A stretch of 64,000 nucleotides of DNA from Trichosphaerium sp. ATCC 40318. Its lineage: Eukaryota > Protista > Tubulinea. A program made the translations under genes and the position numbers. Where the stretch lies: the NCBI GenBank assembly GCA_038496445.1, contig JALMLS010000480.1, positions 124,001 to 188,000 of the forward strand, in the 5' to 3' direction. Of the stretch, positions 39,201 to 51,189 are shown piece after piece. The notes under the pieces are model-generated. The model searched no databases. It saw only the letters and a list, made by a program, of their open reading frames with translations, and was not told where the DNA came from. Numbering within the stretch: position 1 is the first letter of the stretch; every line of letters begins with the position of its first letter.

Positions 39201-39859
39201 TCTTTGGGTAGCACACTCTCATAAGGCAACTGGTTTTGGACCTAGTACTCTGAGAGGTTTGTATGTTCCTGGTGTTTGGAAGCTTGATGATTTTAACACA
39301 CAAATGACACGTGGTACACGTGTTTCTTATACTAGAAAGGAACTTGCTGATGACAACAAGATTTACATAATTGTTGAACATAGGGTACGCATTGCGTAAA
39401 CAAGATTTTTTTGTTTGTCTCTTTTTTGTAACCTGTCAGATTTTGACAACTCAGATTTCCCTTGGTATAATACTAATATTTGTGTGTATCTTTTTTATAC
39501 ATCATTTGTCTTTTAGCAAATGGATGCTATGAGTTTTGCTCTGCCAAAACTTTTTTTCTTGCTTTTTTCTTGTTTTCACACCTTTTTGAACTTTTGCTTC
39601 TGTTTATGTGCTTAATACTAAGTTTACTTGTAAGGTTGCAACTATATTTTGCCGTGGAGAATGTGATGTTTGGCCACCACCTGAAGGAACTCCTTTTTTA
39701 AGTCAACTGAACCACTTGAAACATTATAACCCTTTTGATATTGAAATACGTGTTCTTGGTGATGATGAAGAATCTTTGACTGTACTAAAAAATATTGATG
39801 AGAGTGTTAAGCTTCATGAAGAAAGATATATAATGTTCTTGCAGCAGCTAGAACTTTGA
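36224..39859 (+). CDS. Sec23/Sec24-family (COPII inner coat-like) protein, divergent
   Basis: MASRPIRFSFRKIP...LPLGFCFRPL; zinc finger RCKSCYAYIN...WHCSLCGERN; vWA trunk IIALLDRT...LFGLVSFG; FNGVMRIRTS; IQLAFAYT...VRVYT beta-barrel; helical and gelsolin-like C-terminus. Confidence 0.85.
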
Positions 39860-40229
39860 TATTAATAACTCAATGTAATAAAAGTGACAAGAAAATAGTT
39901 ACAGTTTTTAGTACTACTTCAATTCTTGTTCCATGCTATGTGATAGACACATTTTGATCCTTTTATGTAATCGCTCTAAAACTGATACTTATTCTATTAA
40001 AGAGGATAGATATGCGTCCGACTGAGGAAAACACTAGTGTTCTACCAAAATACACCCTCCAAAAAACAGTTTTGATACCAAATTCCTTTGCCGTCTTCCA
40101 CACTCCTGTTTGCGTTCTGCGCTAACGTTCCACCTATGCAATGTACTGGTGTTGATGTTATTTTTTTGAGATTGTCGCAGAAATCTGAAGTACTGGCTAT
40201 ATTTTATTGCTTCTTTATCATTTATTGCT

Positions 40230-41046
40230 TTATTCGTCATCTGAGTATAAAGGCTCATACTCAGACTCTCTCCACTTTCTACAACAAGGACCTAAATTCC
40301 CTTGATTTGGAAAAAAAAGCACGTGTCAGAAAAACAATCATCAAGAAAAAAAAAGTCTTTGACATACTTGGTGTTGTTTCGTTATTGCTCTCTTCGTTGC
40401 ATCCAAAATCATCATCTTCATCATTTGATGAACTTAATACATCATCTTCTTTATTCTTATTAAACATGGACATCAAAACCTTTTTGCTACTTCTTGTTGA
40501 TGTCTTTAAAGATAATTTTTTTTTTGTTGAAGCTAACTTAAAATCACCAACCAACTTATCATCTTTATACAACCAGTGATACTTTATTTTCCCTTCCTTT
40601 GTTCTCTCAGTATACTCACCATTCATTTTATCATCTACACAATGGTACAGACATTTTAACTCACCAGTAGGGTAGTACGTCAACACTCTTCCAACAGCTT
40701 TTCCGTTAACAAAATTCTGTTTTTTTGAGATTGTTTTATCCCTTCTGAAGCAATACCATACGCCATCCTTCTCTAGGAACGTATTAAATCGTGATGCAGC
40801 GCTCAAATGACATAATTGAGGCCATAAAAGGTACAACTACGCCAAAGTTAATAAAAGACGTTATTTTATCGTTTTTATGCTTGAACCTCTTTGTCCGTGG
40901 TGTAAATTTTATGTTGAAGCTCTATTGGTAGGTACAAAAGGCTAAACGCTTTATTTCAATTAAACAATGCTTTTGGTGTTATTGTACCTCTTGATAACGT
41001 CTATTGGTAGTGAATTTGTGCGTTTTGGTTCTTCTGTGCCACTCAT
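40230..41046 (-). CDS. F-box-like + MORN-variant (YwqK-like) repeat protein
   Basis: LLYLPIELQHKIY (F-box-like); NFVNGKAVGRVLTYYPTGELKCLYHCVDDKMNGEYTERTKEGKIKYHWLYKDDKLVG (MORN_2-type repeats); acidic tail; 4 exons. Confidence 0.7.
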
Positions 41047-41447
41047 GTTGTTTTGAATGAAAGTCTCGAAAAGTCTTTAACTTTGAACGTTTTCTTTGCA
41101 TACTTTCTTTGACCTTACGCTATAACTTCCTTGCCAGCTATCCTTTGTAACCATGCGAATGTAGAGCGTAGTAAAAGGAGCTTGGTGCCTTTTATTACGT
41201 GTTCTAGAGCCTTGATAGTGCCTACCAGCACGAATTTGTTTTAAACTACGCCAACGAGTGTAAGTGTATCTCAGATGTTCTCTATTCCCTTCACATTACA
41301 CGTAGTTCGTTGTAAATAAGGAAATGACGCTGAACGACTTTTTGATTCGCTGAAAAAAAACGTTTCATTTCAGTTTTTTGTTCCCTTAAACGGTAATCAG
41401 TAACTACTTAATATATTACTTTCTAGTTACGACAATAACAACACAAC

Positions 41448-42218
41448 ATGGAATACAGCAATAGACAACAAATGGAGAAGCGATTAGCGTTAATGGAAAG
41501 CCGTGTAGCCTATGCAACTGAACAGTCTCAACGCATTTTGCACATGTTCGAGAAAACAACAAAACGAGCATTTGAGCATGAAGTTGACCTTCTTAAGCTC
41601 AAGTACAAACGTTCTCTTCAACTTGAAGAAAAATATCAAGAGGACCAATTAGCTATTTCAACGACAGCAGATAGAGCTGAAATACAGAAGTTGAAGGAGA
41701 TTTTGGGTGTAAGTTTTTCTTTTTTCAGTGGGTGTTTCTTTTTTTAGACTTTTTTTTCGTAATCTTCTGAGATTTAATCTTTGTTGTAGGTTAACATTGA
41801 GTATGATAATACACACTAAAATACAGCTAGTACTCCATAGTTAACTTTGTTTTAGAGAAGAGATATACTGTGATGCAGTTATGCATCATAGAGTCTTCAC
41901 AAATAAAGTTATTCGTTCTACTTTTGATAATAGAGAAATGTACTCTATTGATACTAGTAACATAGAGCTAGGTTATGAGATACCTCCGTACGTTTGCAAC
42001 TGTTTGTTTTATGTTAATGTGTTCTATGATACAGGAATAAGATATTGGGCGTACCTCATGCAGTATATCCAAGTGACCCAAAGTATCTTGAAAAAGAACT
42101 TTTCTTGTACGTTATAAACACTTCAGTAGACACTTCATCTTTACTGAGTATATACTATTGTAGGAACTTACAATCGTTCCGTGATCGTGCAATTGTTCTT
42201 GAAACAAGAATGGAGTAA
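41448..42218 (+). CDS. Hypothetical coiled-coil protein
   Basis: MEYSNRQQMEKRLALMESRV... heptad-rich exon; further GT-AG exons to TAA 42216-42218. Confidence 0.55.
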
Positions 42219-42739
42219 AATGACATAGATGTAATGCCAATAACACGTGGCTAAAAGCAAATAAAAAGTTGTAGTAAAATGTTGTACCTCAGTTGTTGTA
42301 TTGTTTAAGTACTCGATTATAGGCTTTGTAACTTCTGACAATGCAAGATAGAATAATAGGCAAAGCCATTTAGATTGTTTTAACACCAGGTGGTTGCATT
42401 ATAAACACGTGAACACCCTTCCGTAGAGATAGTATTCTTTGAACCGAACGAAAAAATATTACTTATGAAATACGACAAAGCCGAATACACCGTTTACTTA
42501 TCTCAGTATGTAGCAAAGCGGTCATCATGAGCATCACCTCAAGCACAGCGCGCATCATTGAGTTTGACAGGCAATATACAACGAACAAATTTTTTTCGAG
42601 AAATCCGTGGACCGCCCTTGCGCAAAGTCAACTTAACGCCTTTTCGTTGAAATTAGCAATTATTTTCTGGGTCCACTCAATTGGCAGCCTAAGCGATCAG
42701 AGTCGCGTGATTTTTAGTATCTGGTGTTTTACAAAAGAG

Positions 42740-44149
42740 ATGAACGAAAACAGCGCATTCTTTGATGAGATACCTGTAGAAATCATTGTTCACGTTCTAC
42801 AGTTCGTTTCAATGTTATCTATGCATTCAGTCGTGGGAACATCTAAATTACTTGAGAACATCGCTAAACAGTACCTTGGTTATGTAAATAGGAGAAATAT
42901 TGTTCTAGAGACGGAAGCAAAGCTGCAAAAACTTTTTAAAGAAGCACCTCATCTCATCAAAGAACATACGTTTTTTATCAAGTTTTCTATTCAACAAAAG
43001 CATCTACAGTACCTACAAGGTGTGTATGCACTTGTCTTTCATAAAGGGTTTGGTAAAATAGACTTTACTGGCTTGAATATCGTTGACGGAATATACTTTC
43101 GATACTATAAGTCAATCAAGGACAGACATCTTAAACAGCTTGCTGGAATTAACAGAATTTATTTAGCTCGTTCCAGTGTTAAAGATGAAGGCATTAGAGC
43201 ATTGGCTGGTGTTCATTCAATTGACATATCGTACTGTCAAGTAACAGATGAAGGTGTTAAAGCATTGGCTGGAGTTCATACAATAAACTTGGGGTGTTGT
43301 TACAAAGTTACAGATAAGGGTGTTACAGCGTTAGCTGGAGTTCATACTATTGACTTACATCGTTGTATTGTTACAGATGAAGGTGTTAAAGCGTTAGCTG
43401 GAGTTCATACAATTGACATATCGTACTGTCAAGTAACAGATGAAGGTGTTAAAGCATTAGCTGGAGTTCATAAAATAAACTTGGGGTGTTGTCATAGAAT
43501 TACAGATAAGGGTGTTAAAGCATTAACTGGAGTTCATACAATTGAATTACATTGTTGTAATGTTACAGATGAAGGTGTTAAAGCATTAGCTGGAGTTCAT
43601 ACAATTTACTTAAATTATTGTAACGTTGCAGATGAAAGTGTTAAAGCTTTAGCTGGAGTTCATACTATTGATCTATCTAATACTGCAGTTACTGATGAAG
43701 GTGTTAAAGCTTTAGGTGGAGTTCATACTATATCCCTTAGCTCAACTGCAGTTTCTGATGAAGGTATTAAAGCACTGTCAGGAGTACATTCAATTGGTCT
43801 TTTCAACACTAAAGTCACAGACAATGGTGTTAAAGCATTGGCTGGTGTTCACTTGATTAATTTATATAACTGTAATGTGACGGATGAAGGTGTTAAAGCT
43901 TTAGCTGGAGTTCATACCATTAGTCTATCTAATACTGCAGTAACAGATGAAGGTTTAAAAGCATTGAAAGGAGTTCATATTATTAATGTTACCAACTGTC
44001 CTGGTGTTACAGATAAGTGTGTTAAATCACTAGTCGATGATGGGACAATAGATATCTCGAATACACCTCAAAGAAATATTACAGCTGAATTAATGCAATC
44101 GTTTAATATTAATCCAGACTTCAGCTTGCTATTTGTTAATACGTTGTAA
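42740..44149 (+). CDS. Intronless F-box / LRR protein, copy B (13 tandem LRRs)
   Basis: MNENSAFFDEIPVEIIVHVLQFV aligns with the starts of copies A and C, so ATG 42740 is preferred over 42527; 13 repeats of 21-22 aa. Confidence 0.9.
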   Translation: MNENSAFFDEIPVEIIVHVLQFVSMLSMHSVVGTSKLLENIAKQYLGYVNRRNIVLETEAKLQKLFKEAPHLIKEHTFFIKFSIQQKHLQYLQGVYALVFHKGFGKIDFTGLNIVDGIYFRYYKSIKDRHLKQLAGINRIYLARSSVKDEGIRALAGVHSIDISYCQVTDEGVKALAGVHTINLGCCYKVTDKGVTALAGVHTIDLHRCIVTDEGVKALAGVHTIDISYCQVTDEGVKALAGVHKINLGCCHRITDKGVKALTGVHTIELHCCNVTDEGVKALAGVHTIYLNYCNVADESVKALAGVHTIDLSNTAVTDEGVKALGGVHTISLSSTAVSDEGIKALSGVHSIGLFNTKVTDNGVKALAGVHLINLYNCNVTDEGVKALAGVHTISLSNTAVTDEGLKALKGVHIINVTNCPGVTDKCVKSLVDDGTIDISNTPQRNITAELMQSFNINPDFSLLFVNTL

Positions 44150-44992
44150 ACTATATGTGTTAATTTCACTGCCTAGAATAAACAAAGAACCTTTAGTTGC
44201 ACTATGAGTTTAACACTGGCACTTGTTTTCTTTATATTTAGTGGTTGTATATCTATGACCTCTATCCAAGGTTAAAACTGAGTACACTCTCACTTAATTT
44301 TGAGTAAACGATTGGGTCATAGTAGCGCTGACCTTTTTGTATCCTTAGAGGATGTCTTTTTAGCTGTTTCAAAGCAGGGTAATGAAGTACTTGTATTCAA
44401 CATTATGTCACATTCTGTCAAGCACATTTACCACAGAAAAGAAATAGGACTGCCAGGCGATTTGTCACCACCATTGTTCAATTTAACAATCACGTAGACT
44501 TTGTACTTGGCGTGAGTATGTAGTACATGTTAAGCAAAAATGTTTTTGTTACATGCATAGCACCTATTATTCGAGCTATGAAGGATGAAAAAGATGTACT
44601 AAGGTTATGAGTAATGAACTATTAAATGAACTATTAAAGACTTCAATTGTGTAGTGTCAAGGTTAATTATAGTATGGTCCACCAAACTCTTGGAATGAGA
44701 CATCTTCGGTAACATTGACTACAAGCATTTAAACAAACGTATTGGGTTCTGGAATATTAGCAAAGTTTTTTCGAATAAATATGGAGAAGCCAAATTTGGT
44801 CAGTGAGTAAAGCGGATAAGTTAAAATCTGGAAATGTTCAGAAAGTATGATGACACCATCAATAAATATATTTACCACATAATCTTCCGAGTCAAGATTA
44901 GCAAATAAAGTCAAACTTTTCTCGAAAACCGCGAACCTAAACATCTCACGTGTTAACTTGTCAAAAACAGATCTAAACTTGCAGCAAAAACA

Positions 44993-47669
44993 ATGGTAGA
45001 AGACTACCAGTACATTAACAAAAATGTAGCTAAACTGAAGGTATGTTTAACGTTTAAATCATTTTTTGTGGGTTATAACACCATAGCGGTAGCGTTGGAA
45101 GGTAAAAGATGGATTACAAACTACTTCTACCGTTGTTAATAAAAAAGTCGTCAAATTCGTTAACCTACTATCCGTGGATCACTGTGAGTGCGTTTGAATA
45201 ATATTTAACGCGTTTTTTAACGTTTTCGTCAGAGCACTTATTAAAGAGGCAGAAAATATGTCTAAAACACTCTCTGATGCGTCTATACAACTGGTAACTT
45301 CTTTTCAATGATATGGTTTCGCCTAACGTAACGTTTCAGAACGTTGTCGGTGTTGATCTCAGAAAATTCGGATTTATGAGTTTCGCAGCTCAACTGGCAA
45401 AGATAGCGGGCAATCACTTACCTAAAAACGTCTTTTCAAAGCGTAGTTTACATAAATCATTTTATCCAGTACACGTGTACATCATAAGTACGTACAAAGT
45501 TGTCAAAACAAAATTTTTTTTTTTGGAAGTTGATGACAATCTTTTGAAGAAATTTACACATGTCAACTCTGTTGAGAGGTTAGAATAACGGAATTGGTTT
45601 GTAAAAAAATTTGAATTTAATTGATAAGAGTAGTACATGATGAGCAATAATTACTTGTTCGTCAGTGTCTGACATTCTAACAACAAAAAAACAACTTTAC
45701 ATTTTGTTTATTAAGTGATTGTTTTAGAGTATGATAGTGTCTCTGGTACATCTTCTCATCCTGCACATCATGATGACGCTGATTTAACTATTAATATTTG
45801 TCTCGGAGGCAAATTCAAAGGTAGAGAAATCCATTTCCTCGTTCTACTCAAACTGAGTGTTAGGTGGAGAGCTTTATGTTATGGATAAGGAAACAACTGT
45901 TATACCTCAAGAACAAGGTACAGCAATCATTCATGGCAATGTTCTGCATGGTAGTAAACCTACAGAAGGTTGTAGGTAAGTTCACAAGCATAGAAAAGAC
46001 ACGGTTTAGTAAAGAGTCAATAGGTATAATTTAATAGCCTGGTTTAAACGCAACTCGTATTTCAAAAAATTCACGTGTCTGCCTGCAGAGATATCTAAAC
46101 ATGTGGTATCCTTTTTAGATATACCTACTTTATTCAGATTCTCTTGTGTATCAAAGACATGTCATGACATTATGGAACAATGGGGAGAGGTAAAAAGAAA
46201 CTCTATTGTTCTAAAGTTGAAGTCTTGACATCAATTTTTCTTTAGAGTATTATTAAACAAAGGATATCTTCCAACCAACCTGAAGTATTAAATCAAGCTC
46301 ATTACAAAAAGTTAAGTACATGGAGGGAAAAAGCACGCTTCTACAGAGTAGTAAACAAAGCGTATGTCTACATCTCAAAACTCTGTAAAAACAACCGTTT
46401 TTACAACTCTTTTAAAACACGTGGAAACTCCTGCCAAAACAAAAGAACAAATTAATACCATGTTCAACAGTTAATATTTACACTCAAAACGTTAATTACT
46501 GTATTAGGAGTAAAGAAGCTTCAAGCATAGTTTGGGAAAGGATGCACATTATTTTAAAAGAAGTATGTGATTCTGAAAAATTATATTGCAGCAAGATGGA
46601 ACTTGCTCAGGTACTAACATCCACTTGATCTTATCAACAAGTCTTGTATCTATAAATCGTTCATTCATTTTGTTTGACGTAAAATATTAACACGTGGTTT
46701 AAAGAAAATAGCCAACGGTACAAAGAATTTGATATCGAACAAGCACCATGCCGTTTTATTTGGTGGTGTTGATGGGATTGCTCACTGTTCACTCTCAATA
46801 TTGGAAGTATTACAATCGCATGACCTTTTTTCAGAAGATATATCCACTCTATACAGTCTCCTATTAGAGCTGTATAAAAACGCACGTGTCAGAAATCAAA
46901 TCATATTTTTTTTCTTTCTCCTTTTTTTCTAGTTTTTTTTCTTAGTTCGTTTATTGACACTGTTCATTACATATTCTTTAATTAATATGCTTAGTGTCGT
47001 AACACATTTCAGTCGTATAAACAATACATTGTTAACCATGACGAAAGAAAAGTAAAACTCATGACAAAACTAATGAACAAAGGTAAATTCAGCCGCTGTG
47101 TGAATCACTTTACACAAGGAGAGCAGCTTGAAGTAACAATGATTTATCCTGTAAGACGTATTCCAAGATATACTCTTCTTGCATCTGTACGATAACGCTA
47201 TCTAGTACTTGTCAGATGAACTAACTGTAAGTACAGGAAGTTAAAAAGTATACCGGAACATGTGTTACAGAATTATTAGATCTTGTACGTTCATTGAATT
47301 TCTGATAATACTTGTACATCTAGTAACGTCTTTCTTAATGGTTAGCTTATAACCTCACTCCACGGTCAAAATGAAGTAATTTCGAGAGCAGTGAGGGAGC
47401 CCAAAAACAAAGATTTTAACTTTTTATTTGCACTGAATGTCAATTTGGAAGAAGGTGGATGTCTGATGAGCTTTTGCACGAATAGAATGGTTATGTCGTC
47501 AAAACATTATGGTAAAGTAATCAAGATATCACCGGTTACAGGGGGTCTATGTTTTAAGTTAGATAAAGAAAACGATATCAAGTTGATCAAGCTTACTGAA
47601 AAAGAAAAAAGGCGAATTATTTTTTGGTTTGAACACGGTAGTTCAGAAAACGATTGCACATTGTTGTAG
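44993..47669 (+). CDS. Multi-exon 2OG-Fe(II) dioxygenase (OGFOD2/P4H-like) - F-box - RhoGEF DH (probable PH) protein
   Basis: HPAHHDDADLTINICLGGKFKGGEL...VLHGSKPTEGCRYNLIAWF; F-box FTCLPAEISKHVVSFLDIPTLFRFSCVSKTC; DH hallmarks RMHIILKEVCDSEKLY, LFGGVDGI, YKQYIVNH, IYPVRRIPRYTLL. 3' end uncertain (47669-47890). Confidence 0.8.
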
Positions 47670-47749
47670 ATATCAACGACTTATCAACAAGTTTTGGCAA
47701 CACCAATAAATATTTGAGTGTAATTCTTTATGTACTGACCATAGTTTCC

Positions 47750-48699
47750 TTAATACTTACTGGTGGCACCAGAACCACAAACTGTTTAAAAGAGAAAAAA
47801 ACGAGAAAAAAAAAGTATATGTTTGTATTGCGTTGTAAGTTGTTTCAAGAATTCACTAAATTCACGTTTACAACAGCTAATTTCGTGTAGTTTATTCAAA
47901 TCTAATTCACTTTACAAGCATGTTTAGAAGCTGCTTCCATAAAATAAGTAAAATTTTGACAGTTCCCAATGCATCCATCATCTTGTATGAAGTAAAAGGA
48001 AAAGTCTAAGCAAGCAAACATTAAATTTATGCAACTCGTAAATATATGCATACCTTCAGCTTTTGGATCACAATTAATTGTGACTACATGAACGTTACAA
48101 TACGAAAAAAGAAGGAAAAAATTTCTGAAAACATTTCCGTACGCTTAGCTTGTCTTGTTTCAAGGTCACCTCCTCCGTATAGAAACATAACACCTTTGCC
48201 GTCATTCAAACCAAATATTTCTTCATCAGAGTATTTTCCAATGCAGGACTACATCGAGGAGATAAGTTGTAAGTTAACAAAAAAAACAACTCACATTTCT
48301 GTCTGGAGTAACAAGACACGCGCCGTATTCATGCTTACAGCTGTAGTTCTAAACAAGAAATATATGATTAGAAGCGTTTTACGGTCAAGAAGTAGTACAT
48401 GGCACGGTTTCTTAACGTTGGTACAAACAGAGATATTGTAAAGAGATAAATACCCCTAAAATAATAAGAAATCGCTTAATTTTAACTCCACTTGTCTCTT
48501 TGCGCACGGGACATGAAGGACAGAATGGATAACTACCAAGGTGACTCGCAGTAACTCCAATAAGCTTCGTTAAATCATACTCTGTACCGTCACTTGCTAT
48601 TATAGACTCACAAGCGTGCTTCTTTTTTTGTGGAATAGATACCGCTAAAGCCGAACATAACCAACACAGTAGTATCAACGAGATGAAAGAATAGTGCAT
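47750..48699 (-). CDS. Secreted mannose-6-phosphate-receptor-homology (MRH/ATG27-like) domain protein
   Basis: Signal peptide; DGTEYDLTKL, YNISVCTNVKKPC, CIGKY, GVMFLYGGGD, VTINCDP, KHAC; no TM segment seen. Confidence 0.65.
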
Positions 48700-48841
48700 G
48701 TAGCTTTCTTACTGAACAATATGCGTCTTCTTAAGGTACACCAAGCACGTGGCCAACTTAAAAGGGTATTGATAAGCTCTGTAACAACCCACAACGTAGT
48801 TGAAGTAAATATCAAGAATACAGAAGATTAAGCCTCCCACT

Positions 48842-50488
48842 ATGGCCAAAATAGGTTAGTATTAGTTGTAAACCCATATTTATCACTTAAAACAACGAAC
48901 TAGCGCATTTAGATCGCAACTTTGAGCTGTTTTAAACGAACTTTTAATTAACCGCTTTAATTTACTCCCATACGCGTTTATTTCATAACAAAAGCTTATA
49001 CGCGCCCTTTTAATACTGTTTTAAAATTATTCAACAAAGGTAAGCGCGAAGCTAACTACGACTCAAGATTCGGCGATTGTACTAGATTGTGGCTCTCTTG
49101 AATCGCGTGTTGGGTTTTCTGGAGATTCTGAGCCGAAAAGCGTCTTTCCATCTGTTGTTGGTACGCCAATAAACCAAGTAGTAATGGTGGGTATGCCACA
49201 ACGTATGGCCTTTGTTGGAGATGAGGTATTTAGTAAATGTGGCATACTTCAACACAACTATCCTATAAAGAATGGAGTCATATCAGATTGGAATAAAATG
49301 GAGTTTTTGCTTGATTATGTCTTCAAATATAAACTACAAGCAGACTCATCAGATAACCCTATTTTAATGACAGAACCTGCGTTAAATCCAGTGCAAATAA
49401 GGTACGTAAATCATGTTCTTTGAGAGCAGAAAATAATGAGAAAGTTTTTTTTTTTCATTGAAACTAAAAAAAGCAACAAAATCGGCAATCATCTTTCGTT
49501 CCTTAGTTCTTGCTTGAAGGCTTCCACCTCTTTTATGTATTTTTGATTTGTTTTCTCTTATGGATATTCAGTTCTTGCTGATACCTTTTTTTTGAGGGAG
49601 CGAACAACAACGTTAATGTTTGAGACATATAATGTTCCTTCATTTGGTTTAATGAATAAGGAGGTGCTTGCTTTATATGCCACAGGGGAAACAAATGGTT
49701 TAGTCATAGATATAGGTGACACGCTTACCCAAACAGTACCTGTTTACAAAGGACGCTCACTACAGAAATCGGTAGAACAAGGATTTTTCGGTGGAGCTGA
49801 TGTAACTGAATCTTTAAGGACTCAACTCCAAGATGCAGGAAGAGGATACTCGTTCACAACTACAGCTGAGCGTTCCCTTATCAGGCATATCAAAGATACT
49901 CTATGTTATGTGGCTCTTGATTACGATAAAGAATTACGTAGGGATGACAAAGAAATTGAAAGCGTTTATAAACATCCAGGTGGTTATGATATTATCACTA
50001 ATCACGAAAGATTCAAGGCTTGTGAAGTTCTTTTCAATCCAAATAAGACATCCGATTCACAACAGTTACTTGGTGTTCACACCATGGCTTGTGAATCCAT
50101 TCAGAGATGTGATGTTACTATCCAACCTGTATGTGAAACGTCATTTAGTTTGTTTGTTTTTTTCTTTTCCAAAAAAACCTCCTTGCTGATAAGCTTCGAC
50201 CCATAGCATCTGATTTGTTTTCTGATCTGTTTTTTTTAGACTATTTGTAGTAATATACTTGTAACAGGAGGTTCGAGTGTTACAACAGGATTTTCAGAGC
50301 GCCTACAGATTGAACTTTGCAAAGTCTTACCAAAAACAAAGGATTACAAGGTTGTTTCTACCAATAAGAAGTATCTTTCTTGGGTTGGTGGTTCTATGTA
50401 TGCAAGTAATAATGATACCAAGACTGTGTTTATATCCAAAGAAGAATACGATGAATACGGGCCTGGTATTGTTAATAAAAAACGTTGA
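48842..50488 (+). CDS. Divergent actin-related protein
   Basis: IVLDCGSLESRVGFSGDSEPKSVFPSVVG, YPIKNGVISDW, ILMTEPALNP, MFETYNVP, LYATGETNGLVIDIGD, ERFKACEVLFNP, SWVGGS, EEYDEYGPGIV. Start exon tentative. Confidence 0.88.
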
Positions 50489-51189
50489 TAAAATTTGTCT
50501 AAATAAATGTTCTCCGCATAGGATAGACGTTGAAGAGTGACTTTGCGTAATTTCGAAGCTGTCTCAAAAGCGATGCTGGCCCCAAAGCCGGGTCAAAAAA
50601 ATAGAGCCAGATGCTGTCCAAAGTACAAAGCATGTGTAGCTGTAAAGCATATTGAGCAAACAATTAACTTCTGATTTTTGTCAACTTTTCTCAATCATCT
50701 CATTGTTACTCAAGATAAACTCCGGAATATTACATGTAGATTTCAGCATCGCTTCATTGTTACAATATCTACCTGCATCTAAATACTACTCTATGTCTTG
50801 TGGTAGATACACATGTTTAGTGTGAACACTGAGCAATATCAGTACTTCAGATATACTACATGACATAGCGTACTAAGGAGCGCAAATTACAGCTACTATT
50901 GGCGTTTTGGGTTGATTTAGTAACAAGACTGCACTAACGACTAGTTGGAAATTTCTTTCTTACTTTCTATAAAACGCCTTTTTTATGGCTGTGAGGGCGT
51001 TGTGTTATATAATTATCACGTGATTGGACGTTTTTAGGAAAAGACACTTGTTGGGAAACTGAGCAGCTAACTAAACGTTAAGACTAATGAGGGATGAATT
51101 CTAGTGGAAAGAAATCATTTCCCGAGTCATGTGCACCATTTTTTTAAAAAGTTCTTCATTCGCACAACAAGTCAACAAATCATTTATTT

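Noticed and set aside
42527-42739. 71-aa N-terminal extension of the 540-aa ORF
   Set aside because: Both paralogues start at the Met equivalent to 42740, and the extension has no counterpart in them.
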